From Eukaryota sp. TZLM1-RC (lineage: Eukaryota > Protista > Metamonada: BaSk clade): a DNA stretch of 64,000 bases. The translations under genes were made by a program, and so were the position numbers. Below, piece after piece: positions 47,531 through 60,053 of the stretch (its first letter is position 1; each line of letters begins with the position of its first letter). Below the pieces are notes generated by a model. That model saw only the letters and a program-made list of their open reading frames with translations, was not told where the DNA came from and did not search any database. The stretch lies in contig JAUPSS010000007.1 in the NCBI GenBank assembly GCA_040285825.1, positions 210,501 through 274,500 on the forward strand, given 5' to 3'.

Positions 47531-48859
47531 CGAAGAAAAATCTTAAGTGAGTCCTGCCCTAAACTCCTGATAGGTAAAGTAACCAATAAAACCCAACACT
47601 GCTCCCACATCAACAATGGAAAACCAGTAATACTAAACACACATCTAGACGACAACATCCTCCAAATCGAGAGAACCTGCTCTGTAAGTAAGAACACTCT
47701 GAAAATCTCGATTTACTGAGCTAAACCCATGTACCATCACTGCCAAAAGAAAAATGAGTACCTTGCTTCCCATTGACTCCATCAAGAATACTAGTACCTA
47801 CAAGAGATGCTTGTTCCTGCATGAACAACCGCCTAGAAAAAAACCTTTATAAAAAGGAAGAAGAGGTAGTGTTGGTTCTGGCCAGACGTATTTGCAGTTT
47901 TTAGTTGATGACATGACGAAGCTTAGATTCTTGTACTTGATTCGCTGTTATTCCTTGTTGCAATGATGAACCACCGTTTTCGTTTGTAATGCTATTCTCA
48001 TGTGCACAAAACCCAACAGATTAAAGAAGTGAAGAATGGTAATTGACAAACTTTCTGTTAAAAGCACAAAAAATGATCATTCATGTGGACATTGGTCACA
48101 AATACAATCCATAAACACAGTTCAATCTATATTGCAAGAAGCTTAAAAGTTTATTGAAAATTCGGTTCGTCAACTTCTCTCTGAAACTACTCTTTTAAAA
48201 GCCAAATTACAGCAACAATCTCAAATACTGTAACCATGGACCATCATTCCAACAAGTATCCTTAAATTGCTCACCAATATTACAACATGGACAACGTTGA
48301 CTGATCAATGCTCCACGAATCAGTGCAAAACCAACAGTCATTCCCAATACCTTGTTGAAATTCTTCACCGCACTTCCTGACTCTATCAATGAGAGGGATC
48401 CAATGCTACCAAAACGTTACACAACCTTTTTAGCAAAAGAACTAACTGCTTTTGACGTAGATTTTAATGGATGTTTTGAAGGTCAAAGAAACCGATTGTT
48501 TCAGAGAATGGAACTTCATATATAGTTGTCTACAAAGTATCTGGAACAACCTGAGCCAGATTTTGAACACCAAATCGTCCATATAGCACACACTGAAAAC
48601 AATGTAGAAGAAAAAGACATTGATTGTAGGCTTGGAACAATTTTTTCTTTTCTGCATAAATATTGAGGTAATCGTTTTGATTATAATATGTCAAAATATG
48701 TTCATCCAAGCCTATTAAACATAAACAGCCTGCTGACTTGACTCAATTAAGGTGGAATAAACTGTCTCATCTGCTCAGAAAGGTTAAACGAAATGCTTGA
48801 AAAGATGATTCAGAAATTTAAAACTATATATATTGCTTGTCAATAGCATCATGACCAAA

Positions 48860-49200
48860 GTTTAATTTTCAATCAATTCAGCCAATTCGGTCGTGTACTT
48901 GATAAATGTACAATTAATTCTGCCGAATTGTCACCCGTAATATTAGCTCTTCTATCTTTAAAGCTAAATTACAAAGCAAAGAAGGTTGAATTTTTTACTG
49001 ATAGTCAAAATGTTCTTAAATGGCTATCTGGTGAATTCATTGTAACGGATTGTTATATTGGGAAATGGTCAACTTTATCAAAAAAATACTTCACAAATTT
49101 AATTCAAAATTCATTTTCAATTGGGTCAAACCTCACAATAATGGCAGGAATGAACTTGCAGACCAATGGACAAAGACTGATCTGCACTCTAATAGTGATT
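48860..49200 (+). pseudogene. RNase H domain remnant (retroelement-derived)
   Basis: NSAELSPVILALL...KVEFFTDSQNVL, then after a frameshift WVKPHN.GRNELADQW. Confidence 0.65.
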
Positions 49201-50520
49201 AATACTTAACTATAATAGATAGTTTGGATGATTCTCTTGGTCTTCCTGATTGGTCTATTGAAATAATTTTTAATGTAGATAACAATTTTATATTCAAATG
49301 AGAGTGTGGTGCCACTCCGAAAGATGTGAAAGGGCTATTGAGCATACGAATGACCAACAAATGTCCTCCGATTTGTCTGATTTGTGTTGTAAACAAAACA
49401 ATATACTAAGACACCCTATTGAAGAATGTAACAAGTTGTGTTCAAAAAATGGTGGAAAAGATCATTTCGGCAAATCGCATATAGATATTGCACGTGATGG
49501 TGTTGATTATCTCAATATTGAGAATTCATCTTTTGATAATTCAAGTTTCACCAATCTCTATGCAATACCAGACTTCAATTGTTCAAAGCGTTTTCTGTTG
49601 TTAATATCTATTTAAAAATTAAAAATTCATCAAATATAAAAAAAACAGATTGACCAGAAAATTTCATAAAAACATTGAATTTAATTGACTTTTCGTAAAT
49701 ACGTATTCTCAGCACTTTTAATCACCGGTCATTGAGCTCGAAGAATATTTGTTTTGTACAGGACATTTTGCAGAACAAAAGCTGAATTAGCAACAAAAAA
49801 GCAGGTAACCAACCACGAATCAATTCATGATACCTTGCTATACAAAGAAAATTGTGCACTCAAAGTAACACTGGAGATGCTATGAACTGAATCTAATAAG
49901 AAATTCCGCTTAAGGAGAAATGTACATACCTCAACAAAATGATGATTAAAATTTCGGTTTATGGAAGAAAATAATTAAAAGCAGAAAAATGATGATAGCT
50001 GATGTACATAGATTCTCACATCAATGGCGAATAAAGTTGTTTAAATTAACGTGTACCTAGAAAATGTAGTGTATACATTTGCTACCTACAGAAAATGAAA
50101 ACTCAATGACCCATCGGTACCCTGGTGATGTTTTAAAGTCTGGGTACTGTAATTTATCAGAATTTTAAGGTTTCTTTAGTGGGGAATGTGTAGCTGTTAC
50201 AATCAAGGTCATCCCTATTGAGGTGGACAAGGAAACGTACAAAGCGTGGCAGCAAGAGCAAGTACAGCAAGAGGTTATCAAAATGCCAGTTGAAGATTTA
50301 AAAGAGCTCAGCACAGGTTTACTGGCTCCATTAACCATTTGGAAATACCTCTTCTAAGCAACTCTTGTGCTAAAGATACAGATGACCCTTATTTGGCGTG
50401 TACAAGTGTACTTACACGGTGTTTTTAAATGTTGAGGGTTTTCGTGTGTGGTAACAGTGCTTCTCATTCTTCATTGCAAATGAGGATTGAATTCTTAACC
50501 AAAGTTGTTGTAAGTATAAC

Positions 50521-50698
50521 ACCAACAAAGATCCAAAAACATGTAGACTATACAGACACATGTAATCAGATCTTTCTTGACTGTAATCAGCCTCAAACAG
50601 TTAAAAACTGAATGATTGATGATTAATCAGTCGTTTATGTATTTATGAATAGAGACTCTTAATAAAGAGAATTACTCTCAATATTTGGTAGAGACTCT
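50521..50698 (+). repeat. ~180-bp repeat family copy (also 54822-54999 plus, 61772-61945 minus)
   Basis: Shared aaaga.ccaaaaacatgta...tcagatctttct.gactgt.atca...tgtatttatgaata...attactctc.atatttggtagagactct. Confidence 0.85.
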
Positions 50699-51420
50699 AA
50701 TTTGGCTGAACATTGAGAACATGAAAACCCGATCGATCGATTAAACTATGCAAAACCATTTTCAGCAAACAACAAAACTTGACTATAATAAATGTTAAAA
50801 TTGGAATTAAATCAATACTTTGAAAAGGGGAGCGAGGAAGATGGGGTTGAGTAATGGAAGATTGATACCTGAGGGGAATGGAAAATAGTGCATCAAAATC
50901 ATCAGAAAGCGATACGGTGAGGGGAGAGGCAACGGGATGGGTAGTGACAATGGAGGTCCGTTTGAAGGATTTATCGCACACATTGATGTGAGATTGGTCC
51001 GTAAGAGAGACGAGGAAGGTGGTGCGGTTTTCCAGGTGGAAAGCCATATGATTTGAAGGTTGCGGGTTAATGAAGAAAGGAGATTCAGAAGGAGGAGACC
51101 ATAATTTGACTGTATCAGAACAGGTGGATTGTGTTTGGGAATATCGGAAAATGGTTCAAGCACCAGTAGTAACTGGTTATTCAAATGAACTTCTTAGATT
51201 GATAATGATGTTCTTTTCCAAAACTTGAGGTTTCTTTTTCCATAAATCCAAACAATGTAGAAAACAGGAGAAATCAACAAACGAGATATATGACACTTAC
51301 TTACCTTGATTTCTTCACTGGATTAATGTCTGCTTTTGAAAGAAAATATTCCTCAAGAGCTGGAACTGGTTACGAATCAGATAAGTGTGAGAAGAAAAGA
51401 AAAAGTAATAAATTAGATTA

Positions 51421-52091
51421 AATTAGACAAAAAACCTACTGCCAATTTTCGTCATATTGTGAGCTGTAAGAAATTTCTCCAATATAGGTCAGTTCTTCAT
51501 AATGCCGTTCGTGATGTGACATATGAGATGTTCAAGTGTTACAATTTTAGTTGCAAAGTAGAACCTTTGTTGAAGCATTATAGTGATGATAATCTTTTTA
51601 ATTCACGTCGAGGTGATTTAATTGCTCCTTTTGTGGATTCCTCTCAAGTTGTTGTTGATTTCACTACAGTTGATCCCTTTGCTTTTGTTTATCGCGATGA
51701 TGTTTTACTTAGTACTAATGGTCATTTAAACAAGGCTGAAGATCGTAAGAGAGATAAATACACTGAGATATTAAATGATTTAAATAAGAACCTTTATTCG
51801 AAGTTTTCGTTTGTTCCTTTGCCTTTTCGATTTTTGGCAACATTGGACAATCCGCCTTGAATTTCATCAATGATTTTGGTAATTTATGTCGTTCAAGTGG
51901 TAAGAATTTTGCAGAGAATTTATGGAAAAATCGTATCATTTTCGCTTTGTACAGAAGTGTTCCCAAGTACTTGAGTTTAATGATGTCTAAACTTTATAAG
52001 GATTCATCAAGAGTTGGCGTGGAGAATTTAGTTTCTTATGTGTTTTAGTTTGTTCTATTTGATTCTTCGTAGAAAATAAATAAATAAATAA
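51421..52091 (+). mobile_element. 5'-truncated non-LTR retrotransposon (RLE-type, CRE-like)
   Basis: HIVSC...HNAVRD...EP...RRGDL...VVDFTTVDP...AEDRKRDKY...FVP (end of Zn knuckle + PD-(D/E)xK-type endonuclease). (AAAT)n tail; 14-bp TSD aataaattagatta (51407-20 / 52092-105). Confidence 0.85.
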
Positions 52092-53702
52092 AATAAATTA
52101 GATTATTAAATTTAAATAAATTTAATTTACACCACAACAATGAAAATGCATCAGTAACAACAACTGATGAACAACTGATGCTTTGTTCAAATCAACAAAT
52201 CACGCTTATAAAACTGGCTTCTCTTTGTTTTTCAACAAATTGCTCAAATGATCTGTAGACTTGTGAATTGTTTTACTCTGCACAAGCACATTAAATTATG
52301 ACTTTCCTCCATAAAGATATTGATTACTCAGTTCAAACACTGACGTCAATGTTTTAAAAGCATCATTATTTTGTTGTAAGGTATTTAGCAACAATCAGAC
52401 AACAAAAAAACAATTTAAAGCAATTGACAGTATTGTCAAAATCTATATTACTGAAGGTAATAAATAACATAAAATTATCATCATTGAGTTTAAAATAACA
52501 ATTCAAAATGAAAGATATCCCCTGATACCTAATTCCACTCTCTTTGTTCTTGGTTCAGTCGTACATTTCAGTACAGACTTAGAGTAAGTAGATGTAATTG
52601 TACTATTGGAGTTATTAATATTAATATGACGTTTACAATTGGAAAGCGAGGAGTGAGTATTGGGCAGAGACTTGGTGCAGAGACTGTATTGTTTTAAGAA
52701 AATCAATAATAGAAGTTATGAATAAATAATATGTTTTTTAAAAAAGTACTGGTGAAGGTGTGTGTTTAAATTCATATAGAAATCAAAAAATATAGCAGCA
52801 AAAGTTATTCCCAACGAGGAACCCACTCCCTGATGAGGAACTATTCTCAATGCGAAATAATTCTGAGTGTTCATTTATTAGTTTAAACAAATATTATATA
52901 GTATAGTAGTATAAAAATTAGAACACAAAAAAAAGTTTGTTTATCACATCGAATGAAACCAAATCTCCATTTTTTAGGACAAGTCACCGTTTCTAAATAT
53001 CTTTGTTTGAACACTACTGAATTTAATACAATATTTCCAACCATTGACCAATACTAACTTTGCATTGGCATTGGTGATTTACATTTATCAACTTGTCTGA
53101 TCAATATACCAGGCCGTTTTCAATACGATAATCCGCTGCAACCATTCTATATTTTGGATGTGTTGTTCAGGTCTACCCTCAAAGATGAGATGAACGAGTC
53201 AGTTTTGTTCACATAACATCCATCATCAGCAAACATTACCGTCAGTGGTTTACGTTTTCGGGAAAGTGAGGAACAGAAAGTGCAACGGGTATGTGTGGTG
53301 CTCAGAAGGTTTTGAAAGTACTCTGCATCATATTGATCCCTGTGATGTCGTTAGGCAAAAAAACCGAAGAAGAAAAGAAGAAAAGAAAGCTTTATTAATA
53401 AAGATACTTGTTCTTGAACAAGTGTCACTTGATCAAATGACTTCCTCATCTGTCTACCAGCCTAGTTCATCAGTAACAACAACAACTCTTAAAATAGTTT
53501 ACCTTGACCTTCTGAATTTTTGAGAACAAAAAGTGCTCATCTGACAAAAACCTTCATCCGTCACTCTAACGAAATTATTTTAAATGAAAATTTATAAAAA
53601 ATGTCAATCTTCAAAGGCCAATCCATCTCAGAAAAGTGAGACATTTACAACAGCCGTCTGAATGAACTTTATTCCACTAGGATTCATGTAATTGATACAT
53701 TT

Positions 53703-53843
53703 TGATGCCGTTAGGCAGATGAACACACGAAGGGGAGAGAGAGAAATCTAAGTTTATTAATAAAACTGATTCATAAACGAGTATCACGTCATCAGTCAAA
53801 ATACAAAGATACCTACTAATTCAATTTAAGTTCGACAACAACA
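53703..53843 (-). mobile_element. Solo LTR of the gag-only family
   Basis: TG...CA, matches the 140-bp LTR; 4-bp TSD ATTT on both sides. Confidence 0.92.
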
Positions 53844-54754
53844 ATTTTTTCAAATCCACCGTAGTGTTGTATATTCTTCCATTCATCCTCGCATTTGCTT
53901 AATCAATATCTTCTATAAGCTTAAATTGAGTCTATCTGATCAAGTGTTGATTATTGGCAGCCTTCAAGAACTATTTTCCCCAAGAATTATGTTTTACATC
54001 AAAATTTAAAATAATTTTTACCAGATTTAGATAGAATTCACTCACCATAACAGATCAAATTCAAGGCTGTTTTCTACAAAACCAACACCGATACAAATGG
54101 TGACATAACCAAAAACATCTCGGCTCTCAACATATATTAGCATAGGACTTGATACCACAATTACCTTTGGTAGTAAACATAGTGAATTACTGTTTAAGTA
54201 TCGATCCACTACAATGTCTTATGTCTTGTTTATGTTTGTTTAAGGGAATTTATTTTTTGAAAAATCATTCTTTCACGAACAATCCTCTTTTTAAGTATAG
54301 TTTACTCCCACTCCCGACTTCCGAAATACCGGGGTATGCTGTCTGGGACTCACAAATTACCGTATTGGCAAAGGTATACCACATCTGATGAACGACTGCG
54401 TGGTGGTGGAAATAGCGCCTGTGTGAGTGTTAATTGAGCGGAACAAATATTTTGAATTGTCAAATATATTCAAAAACCAAAAACTGGCAAGGAAAAAGTG
54501 ATTTCTACAACTATTCAAAAGAGTAGGATATCAAAATAATTCACACAAGGGCAACCATAACTGGTGGAGGAGGTGTATTTGCAATGAAGATTTGGTTGAA
54601 AAACTGTTTCTGTGGCACTCAAGAAGTATAAAAATTCCCTTACACGAATTGGTATCAATTCCTGCACACTAGAAAAAAAGATCCATCACCACTAGAAGAA
54701 TCAACAAAAGAAAATTGGATTTACCTGTTGCTTTTGAGCACCTGTTAAATTCAA

Positions 54755-54999
54755 AGAGTCTCTCCCCTTATTTCTTCTGAAAATAAACATGAAGTTCGTG
54801 ATTGTGCTATTCGTGAAATAGACCCACAAAGAACCAAAAACATGTAAACTGTAGAATCCCATGTAATCAGATCTTTCTGGACTGTGATCAACCTCACACA
54901 GTTTAAAACTAAGGGATTGATGATTCTTCAGTCGTTGATGTATTTATGAATACAAGCTCTAACTATAGAAAATTACTCTCTATATTTGGTAGAGACTCT
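54755..54999. mobile_element. Putative MITE (fullest copy of the 180-bp repeat family)
   Basis: Terminal inverted 9-mers AGAGTCTCT (54755) / AGAGACTCT (54991-99). No clean TSD. Confidence 0.5.
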
Positions 55000-55579
55000 G
55001 AAATCATTTAATATATGTGAAACAATTCCTAAAACCAGACAAATTGGTTAAAGATAAACCATATTATAAACACCAAATGGAAAAACTAACATCTAAATGC
55101 CTTGGTAGAAAAAAGCTCTGAAAGTTGATACATCACACCAAAGTTGACATTACATTGAGTAATTAATTATAGACAACTGAAGGTAGACATTTGTGCATGT
55201 AACGTGAAAGGTGAAGGACAATACAGATTGGAATGGCTTAGAAAATAAGGGAAGCTCATTTGTTAACAGCAAGCGTTTGGGAAATAACAAAGAGAATGTG
55301 TGAACAGCTGCAAGGAGACTCTCTGTATCACTAGTAATGCAAAACAACAATGAGGTTACTTGTGAAAAATAAGAAGTTATTGTAGGGAAAGGGGTTGAAA
55401 TACACTACTTAAACCAAGAATGAAGCAGGATGGGTTAGTAAGGTTTCAGCGGTTATCGCATTATCTATTCAAACAGTTCCAAGAGCTCAGACAACAGGAA
55501 TTCTGAGTGCGAGTGCGATTTCGCACCACTGAGTTGGATACAACAGAATTCTCCTACCCTCACTCTTTTCAGAAACAGT

Positions 55580-57244
55580 ATGCAAGCTCATACTCTTGTA
55601 GAAAACTTCAGAGTGGATTCGTCCCAACTCACCAATAAACAGGAGTCTTTTACTTCTTTTACAGAACGTGCTTGTTATCACGCAACGTTTCATGGTATGA
55701 AAGTGCTGTGGTTGCAGTTTGAGTTTGACCCTTATTCGGAGGCTGCACACAAACTCTTCTTTCTCGCACGGCATCCCAACATGTTATTAGTACTGGGATA
55801 CACCACAGACCCTTCAGGTATAATCATAGAATATCAACCAAATACACTCGAGTCTCCTGAAGTACAACGCACCCTCAAATCCCAACAACCGGGAGCAAGA
55901 TTTACCAATATCTGCACGCCACTAGTTTCAGCAACTGCGTATTTGTCCTCTTTTGACTTGAACATTGGCTGCCTTGCATTAAATACAATATTTGCATCTG
56001 ATGACATGAGTACATTCAAGATATTGCCTCCACTATCCTTACTTAATCCTAGCGTATTTACGGCTAAGCTTATTGACCTTGCTGCTGCCCCTGAAGTTTT
56101 GGTGTCTGGAACACCATCTTCTACTTCTGATGTGTTTTCAATGGCTGTACTGGTTCATCTTCTCTGGGGTCTCCCTGACCTTAGCTCTGGACTGGTCGAG
56201 CGTTCTGTAGCTCGCCGCAAGAATAACCGTGGGATCTTTTTCACCGAAGACTTTAAAATCACCGGTGTTCCAGATATGCTTTCTGAATGTCTACACAATG
56301 CACTCAAAGTAGACTCAACCCAACGTCCCTCACCTGATGTCCTTGTTGCTGTTTTCAACAAAACAAGAGAGCAGCTGCCTGCCTCACCACCTGCTAACAC
56401 TTCGTCATATGCCCCTCCTGCTGCTCCTTCCTATGGTGGTCAGTCAGATTTGTCCCATTTGTTGTCCGGTATTGCTTCTTACCCAGCTTATCCATCAATG
56501 AAACCACAAGAAATGACCCCTCATTATGAGCCTTCCATGTTGGGCGGTTCCTCTTTTTACCCACAGGTTTCATCTTCTCATTATGCCCCCAGTGACCCCC
56601 GTGACCCCCGAGATCCCCGCCTCTCCCATCACCTTGAGCCTCCCCATCTAGATCGTCATCATCGAAGACCTGAGCGACCTGAACGAGATCGTAGAGGCAA
56701 GGGTGATATTATTGATAAAACTGGTAAATTCTTGATGACTCCATGGGAAACCACCATTTTGGGATGGGCTGATGCAAGAAGAAGAGACCATTTGTTCAGT
56801 GGTGATAAGCTTGATTATAAAGGCTTTCACAACAAAACCGGGTCCAACAGGAATCATTGCATTGTTATCCGTAATAATCTAGGCTACATGTTTGGTTGTT
56901 TTGTGTCGGTGTCTTTTGTAAGTGAAGGTCAACGGGAATGTCTTAAGCCTGATCCCGAGGCGTTTATCTTTTCTTTAAAACGAGGAGATGACACTTCCCC
57001 TGTATTGCTCAAAGCAAAACCTACAGCCAAGGTTAGAGTAGCTTTTGATAGAGGTATTGAACTTACTGATGGTAGGTTTGACGATTTGATCATCACTAGA
57101 GATAACATTTCTGTTCATGATTTAGGATCTAATTTTGTTATTGATCATTCAAGACTTGGAGGAATGGACCCTAGGATTTGGCTCACAGGAAGTGAAGCTC
57201 CCACTACTTTTTCTAGGTTTGATGTTTATAGGTTTAGTCGATAA
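55580..57244 (+). CDS. Pseudokinase + Pro/Ser-rich linker + TLDc domain protein
   Basis: Kinase-fold RHPNMLLVLG...IIIEY, AAPE, SDVFSMAV, LKVDSTQRPS, with HRD and DFG replaced (IGCLALNTIF, KILPP). TLDc: GFHNK...IVIRNNLGYMFGCF...DPEAFIFSL...FDVY. Confidence 0.8.
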   Translation: MQAHTLVENFRVDSSQLTNKQESFTSFTERACYHATFHGMKVLWLQFEFDPYSEAAHKLFFLARHPNMLLVLGYTTDPSGIIIEYQPNTLESPEVQRTLKSQQPGARFTNICTPLVSATAYLSSFDLNIGCLALNTIFASDDMSTFKILPPLSLLNPSVFTAKLIDLAAAPEVLVSGTPSSTSDVFSMAVLVHLLWGLPDLSSGLVERSVARRKNNRGIFFTEDFKITGVPDMLSECLHNALKVDSTQRPSPDVLVAVFNKTREQLPASPPANTSSYAPPAAPSYGGQSDLSHLLSGIASYPAYPSMKPQEMTPHYEPSMLGGSSFYPQVSSSHYAPSDPRDPRDPRLSHHLEPPHLDRHHRRPERPERDRRGKGDIIDKTGKFLMTPWETTILGWADARRRDHLFSGDKLDYKGFHNKTGSNRNHCIVIRNNLGYMFGCFVSVSFVSEGQRECLKPDPEAFIFSLKRGDDTSPVLLKAKPTAKVRVAFDRGIELTDGRFDDLIITRDNISVHDLGSNFVIDHSRLGGMDPRIWLTGSEAPTTFSRFDVYRFSR

Positions 57245-57559
57245 TTGTAATTGTATTTGTTTTTGTGATGTTCAATAAATTTTATTTATTATGCATAGTT
57301 TATGTATTAAATTGTTCTCATTGAATGAAATGTTCTATATTTATGAGCAATATCTCAATTTTTAAGAGCTTCTACTTAGCACAAATTCTTGGTCTTAACC
57401 TTGGCTTCTTAGAAAGAGCAAAATGTTGTCCATATGACTACTCCATTTTTCTTGTTCTTTTGGTATTTCGTTATTCCTTTGTTCAGAGCATGTAAACATT
57501 AAACTAAATCTGAGCAAGGAATATTCCAAGAGTCACAAAAGTGTTGAACGACAAAAACA

Positions 57560-58452
57560 TATGAGTTTGGCTCATATTCATAATTCCAACTCTTGTACAT
57601 TTTTGTGTCACTTTTGTATTTAGTCATTGTCTTCGCTATCATGCAATTATAAAAAATGCATGACTTCCATGGTAAAGTTGCTGGATGGGTTACTAATGCG
57701 GAGTTTATATTAGGTTCTGTGGCGTGTTAAAGTAAAAAAGGCACTGAAGGCATCATTTTCTGAAAACCTTGGAACATCATTTGCTGCAGAAAGAGACTTG
57801 CTGTTTTAGTCTGAAAAAGTATGACTCAATACATGGATAACGTTTTTAGAAGATTTGATGAAAACTATTGTGGTGTTGATCTTATGATCAAGGAATTGAT
57901 CAAAGAAAAAACTGTTTCCCGGATAATTGTGTTTGATTTTAAATATTTAAGGAAACATTAACAAACATCTTCCTGAGACCTTCCTGAGCAACTCTGCGGC
58001 TTTTTGTTATATTAAATTTATATTTCGTTGTCTTGTGTTTGGGTGATTACAGTATGAGTTTCACTCATATTCATAATCCCATCTGTTGTATACTTTGTAC
58101 CATTTTTGTAATTAGTCATTATCTTCCTTTATCATGCATTTACTGAGAATCCGTGACTTCCATGGTAAAGTCTTTAAAATGGGTTACTCAAGCGGAGCTT
58201 TGATCAGGTTCTGTGGCGATTTGAAAGTATCGTTATGTGAAAAACTTGGAAAAATGCTCGCTGTAGGAGATTTGTATTTTCAGTCTGAAAAAGTACAACC
58301 AAATACATGGAGAACATTTTCAAGAGAAACTTTATTTAAAATATTGTAATGTTGATCTCATGACGAAGGAATTGATCAAGGAAAGAATTGTTTCCCTAAA
58401 TTCAGTGGATAATTGTGTTTGAGTTTAAATAGTTAAGGAAACATTAACAAAC
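57560..58452 (+). repeat. Imperfect tandem duplication (~57560-57965 and ~58052-58452) directly upstream of the PARP-like gene
   Basis: tatgagttt..ctcatattcataat, tgacttccatggtaaagt, agtctgaaaaagta and ttaaggaaacattaacaaaca each occur twice, ~490 bp apart. Confidence 0.85.
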
Positions 58453-58493
58453 AAATTTTTAATACCTCAAGTTCTCTCAAATTAATAGATTCG

Positions 58494-59039
58494 ATGAGTG
58501 ATCATCTCTTGCTTCGACGTATTGTCACTAATGGTATCAAGGCCATCTCAGACAACTGGACCCCCGGTCAAACATATGGACCTGTTCTACACAATTTGGG
58601 ACTTGTTCAAGGATGTCCTGCTATGCAAATGTTCTGTAGAACAGTGCAACAAGAAGGTAAGCAGTGTTTAAACAATGTAGTGTACGCTTGGCATGGCAGT
58701 GCGTTTCAGAACCTCCCTTCCATCTTTCAGAATGGTTTCGATCCAAAGAAGAGGCGTGGTCAGGCCCTTGGACGGGGAGAATATTTTGCTACCATCAATA
58801 ATCCTACAACTTCTGATAGTTATAGTAGAGATAATGACTGCCTCATTCTTACAGTTATTATACGGTCTCACAACTTCAACGATCATGGTAATGTTTATGT
58901 AATCGATAACGACATAAGTGGTAATTCAAGCCATTGCTTACCATTATGTGCTGTCAGAAATCCTGCTAAAAGAGCGTCAGATAAAGGAGAGATTACATTT
59001 GCTTCGCAAACTTCTGTACCTTGGTCTTTTGGGCATTGA
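58494..59039 (+). CDS. Stand-alone PARP-family catalytic domain protein (likely mono-ART)
   Basis: AWHGS...SIFQNGFDPKKRRGQALGRGEYFA...SDSY...LILTVI...VYVI...LPLCAV. The H and Y of the triad are present; no catalytic E is evident. Confidence 0.82.
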   Translation: MSDHLLLRRIVTNGIKAISDNWTPGQTYGPVLHNLGLVQGCPAMQMFCRTVQQEGKQCLNNVVYAWHGSAFQNLPSIFQNGFDPKKRRGQALGRGEYFATINNPTTSDSYSRDNDCLILTVIIRSHNFNDHGNVYVIDNDISGNSSHCLPLCAVRNPAKRASDKGEITFASQTSVPWSFGH

Positions 59040-60053
59040 ACAGATTAACACCTGTGTATTGAAAGTAGATCAATAAAGCTAGTACATAGTGGGTTTGTGA
59101 TTGTGAGAAATCTTATGCATTGGGGCGGATTGTGATTAATAATCCTTGCTAAATCAGTTGTAAATCAATGTTCACTCTATTTGTTCACTGATTGACTTGG
59201 AAATTATCAAATTAGCAAAATTACTTCTCAACTCATCCTCGTACATTGCTATTTCAATAAATGTTTCAAAATTTGTGTTGATCTTAAACACCACATACTT
59301 TTACAACAAAACAACGATTTAATCAGTTTATTGTTTTAATCAATTCAGGGATAACGTTTTATTTGAAAAAACTTCAGCAACTTCATAAGAATATCACGTA
59401 TCACCACCATTATCTTTGAATCGCTGTAATAGACAATTGTTGCATTCTCACTACCCACCTCCTTCCACCTCAATGTCAAAACGTTCCAAACAACCGAAAC
59501 AACACCACATATCGCCACGTAATTACTAACGGTTCTTTTTCTCATTAATCTACCTACTTAATGTTTCAACATCTCTTGCACCTTGGATGCGATGTTAGGT
59601 TCTTACTTTGTATCACTCTCCTTATTTTGTTTTCAATCACCTCAGTTCTGTCAAACTCAATTATTTTTTTGGAGTTTTTCACCATTTGTTTGTTTCGTTT
59701 TGTGTATATTTTTCCAATTCCACCTTTAACTATGTGGTCATTTTTTCAACCCCTGCATTTTTTTCAAAATTATTTAAATCATAATATCTGTTCGAATTTA
59801 ACCTTACCAATAAAATTCTTACTTCAATTACTATGAATAACCCACTTTTTGTAAAAATCATTTTTTTATTTCCTTTTTCTATTGTCTTTCCAATTATTGC
59901 ACCCGTCTTATTCAACTACAGTTTTAACTCTTCACATAGGTCAAAAAACCGAGTATCACTTCAGCTTGTTTCAGTTAGTGTCTGTCAAATATAACTCAAC
60001 TTTAGTTAACTTTGTTTGATACATCGAATTTTGCTGTTGGTCATTTTTAATCA

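Noticed and set aside
50697-51184. Minus-strand ORF fragments resembling the N-terminus of a multigene-family protein
   Set aside because: Fragmentary with no identifiable domain; cannot support a product call.
59345-60050. Continuation of the Fanzor relic (RuvC-II/III)
   Set aside because: Spacing is too long and the motifs are unconvincing. IVYYSDSKIMV looks more like an RNase H remnant, but is too degraded to call.
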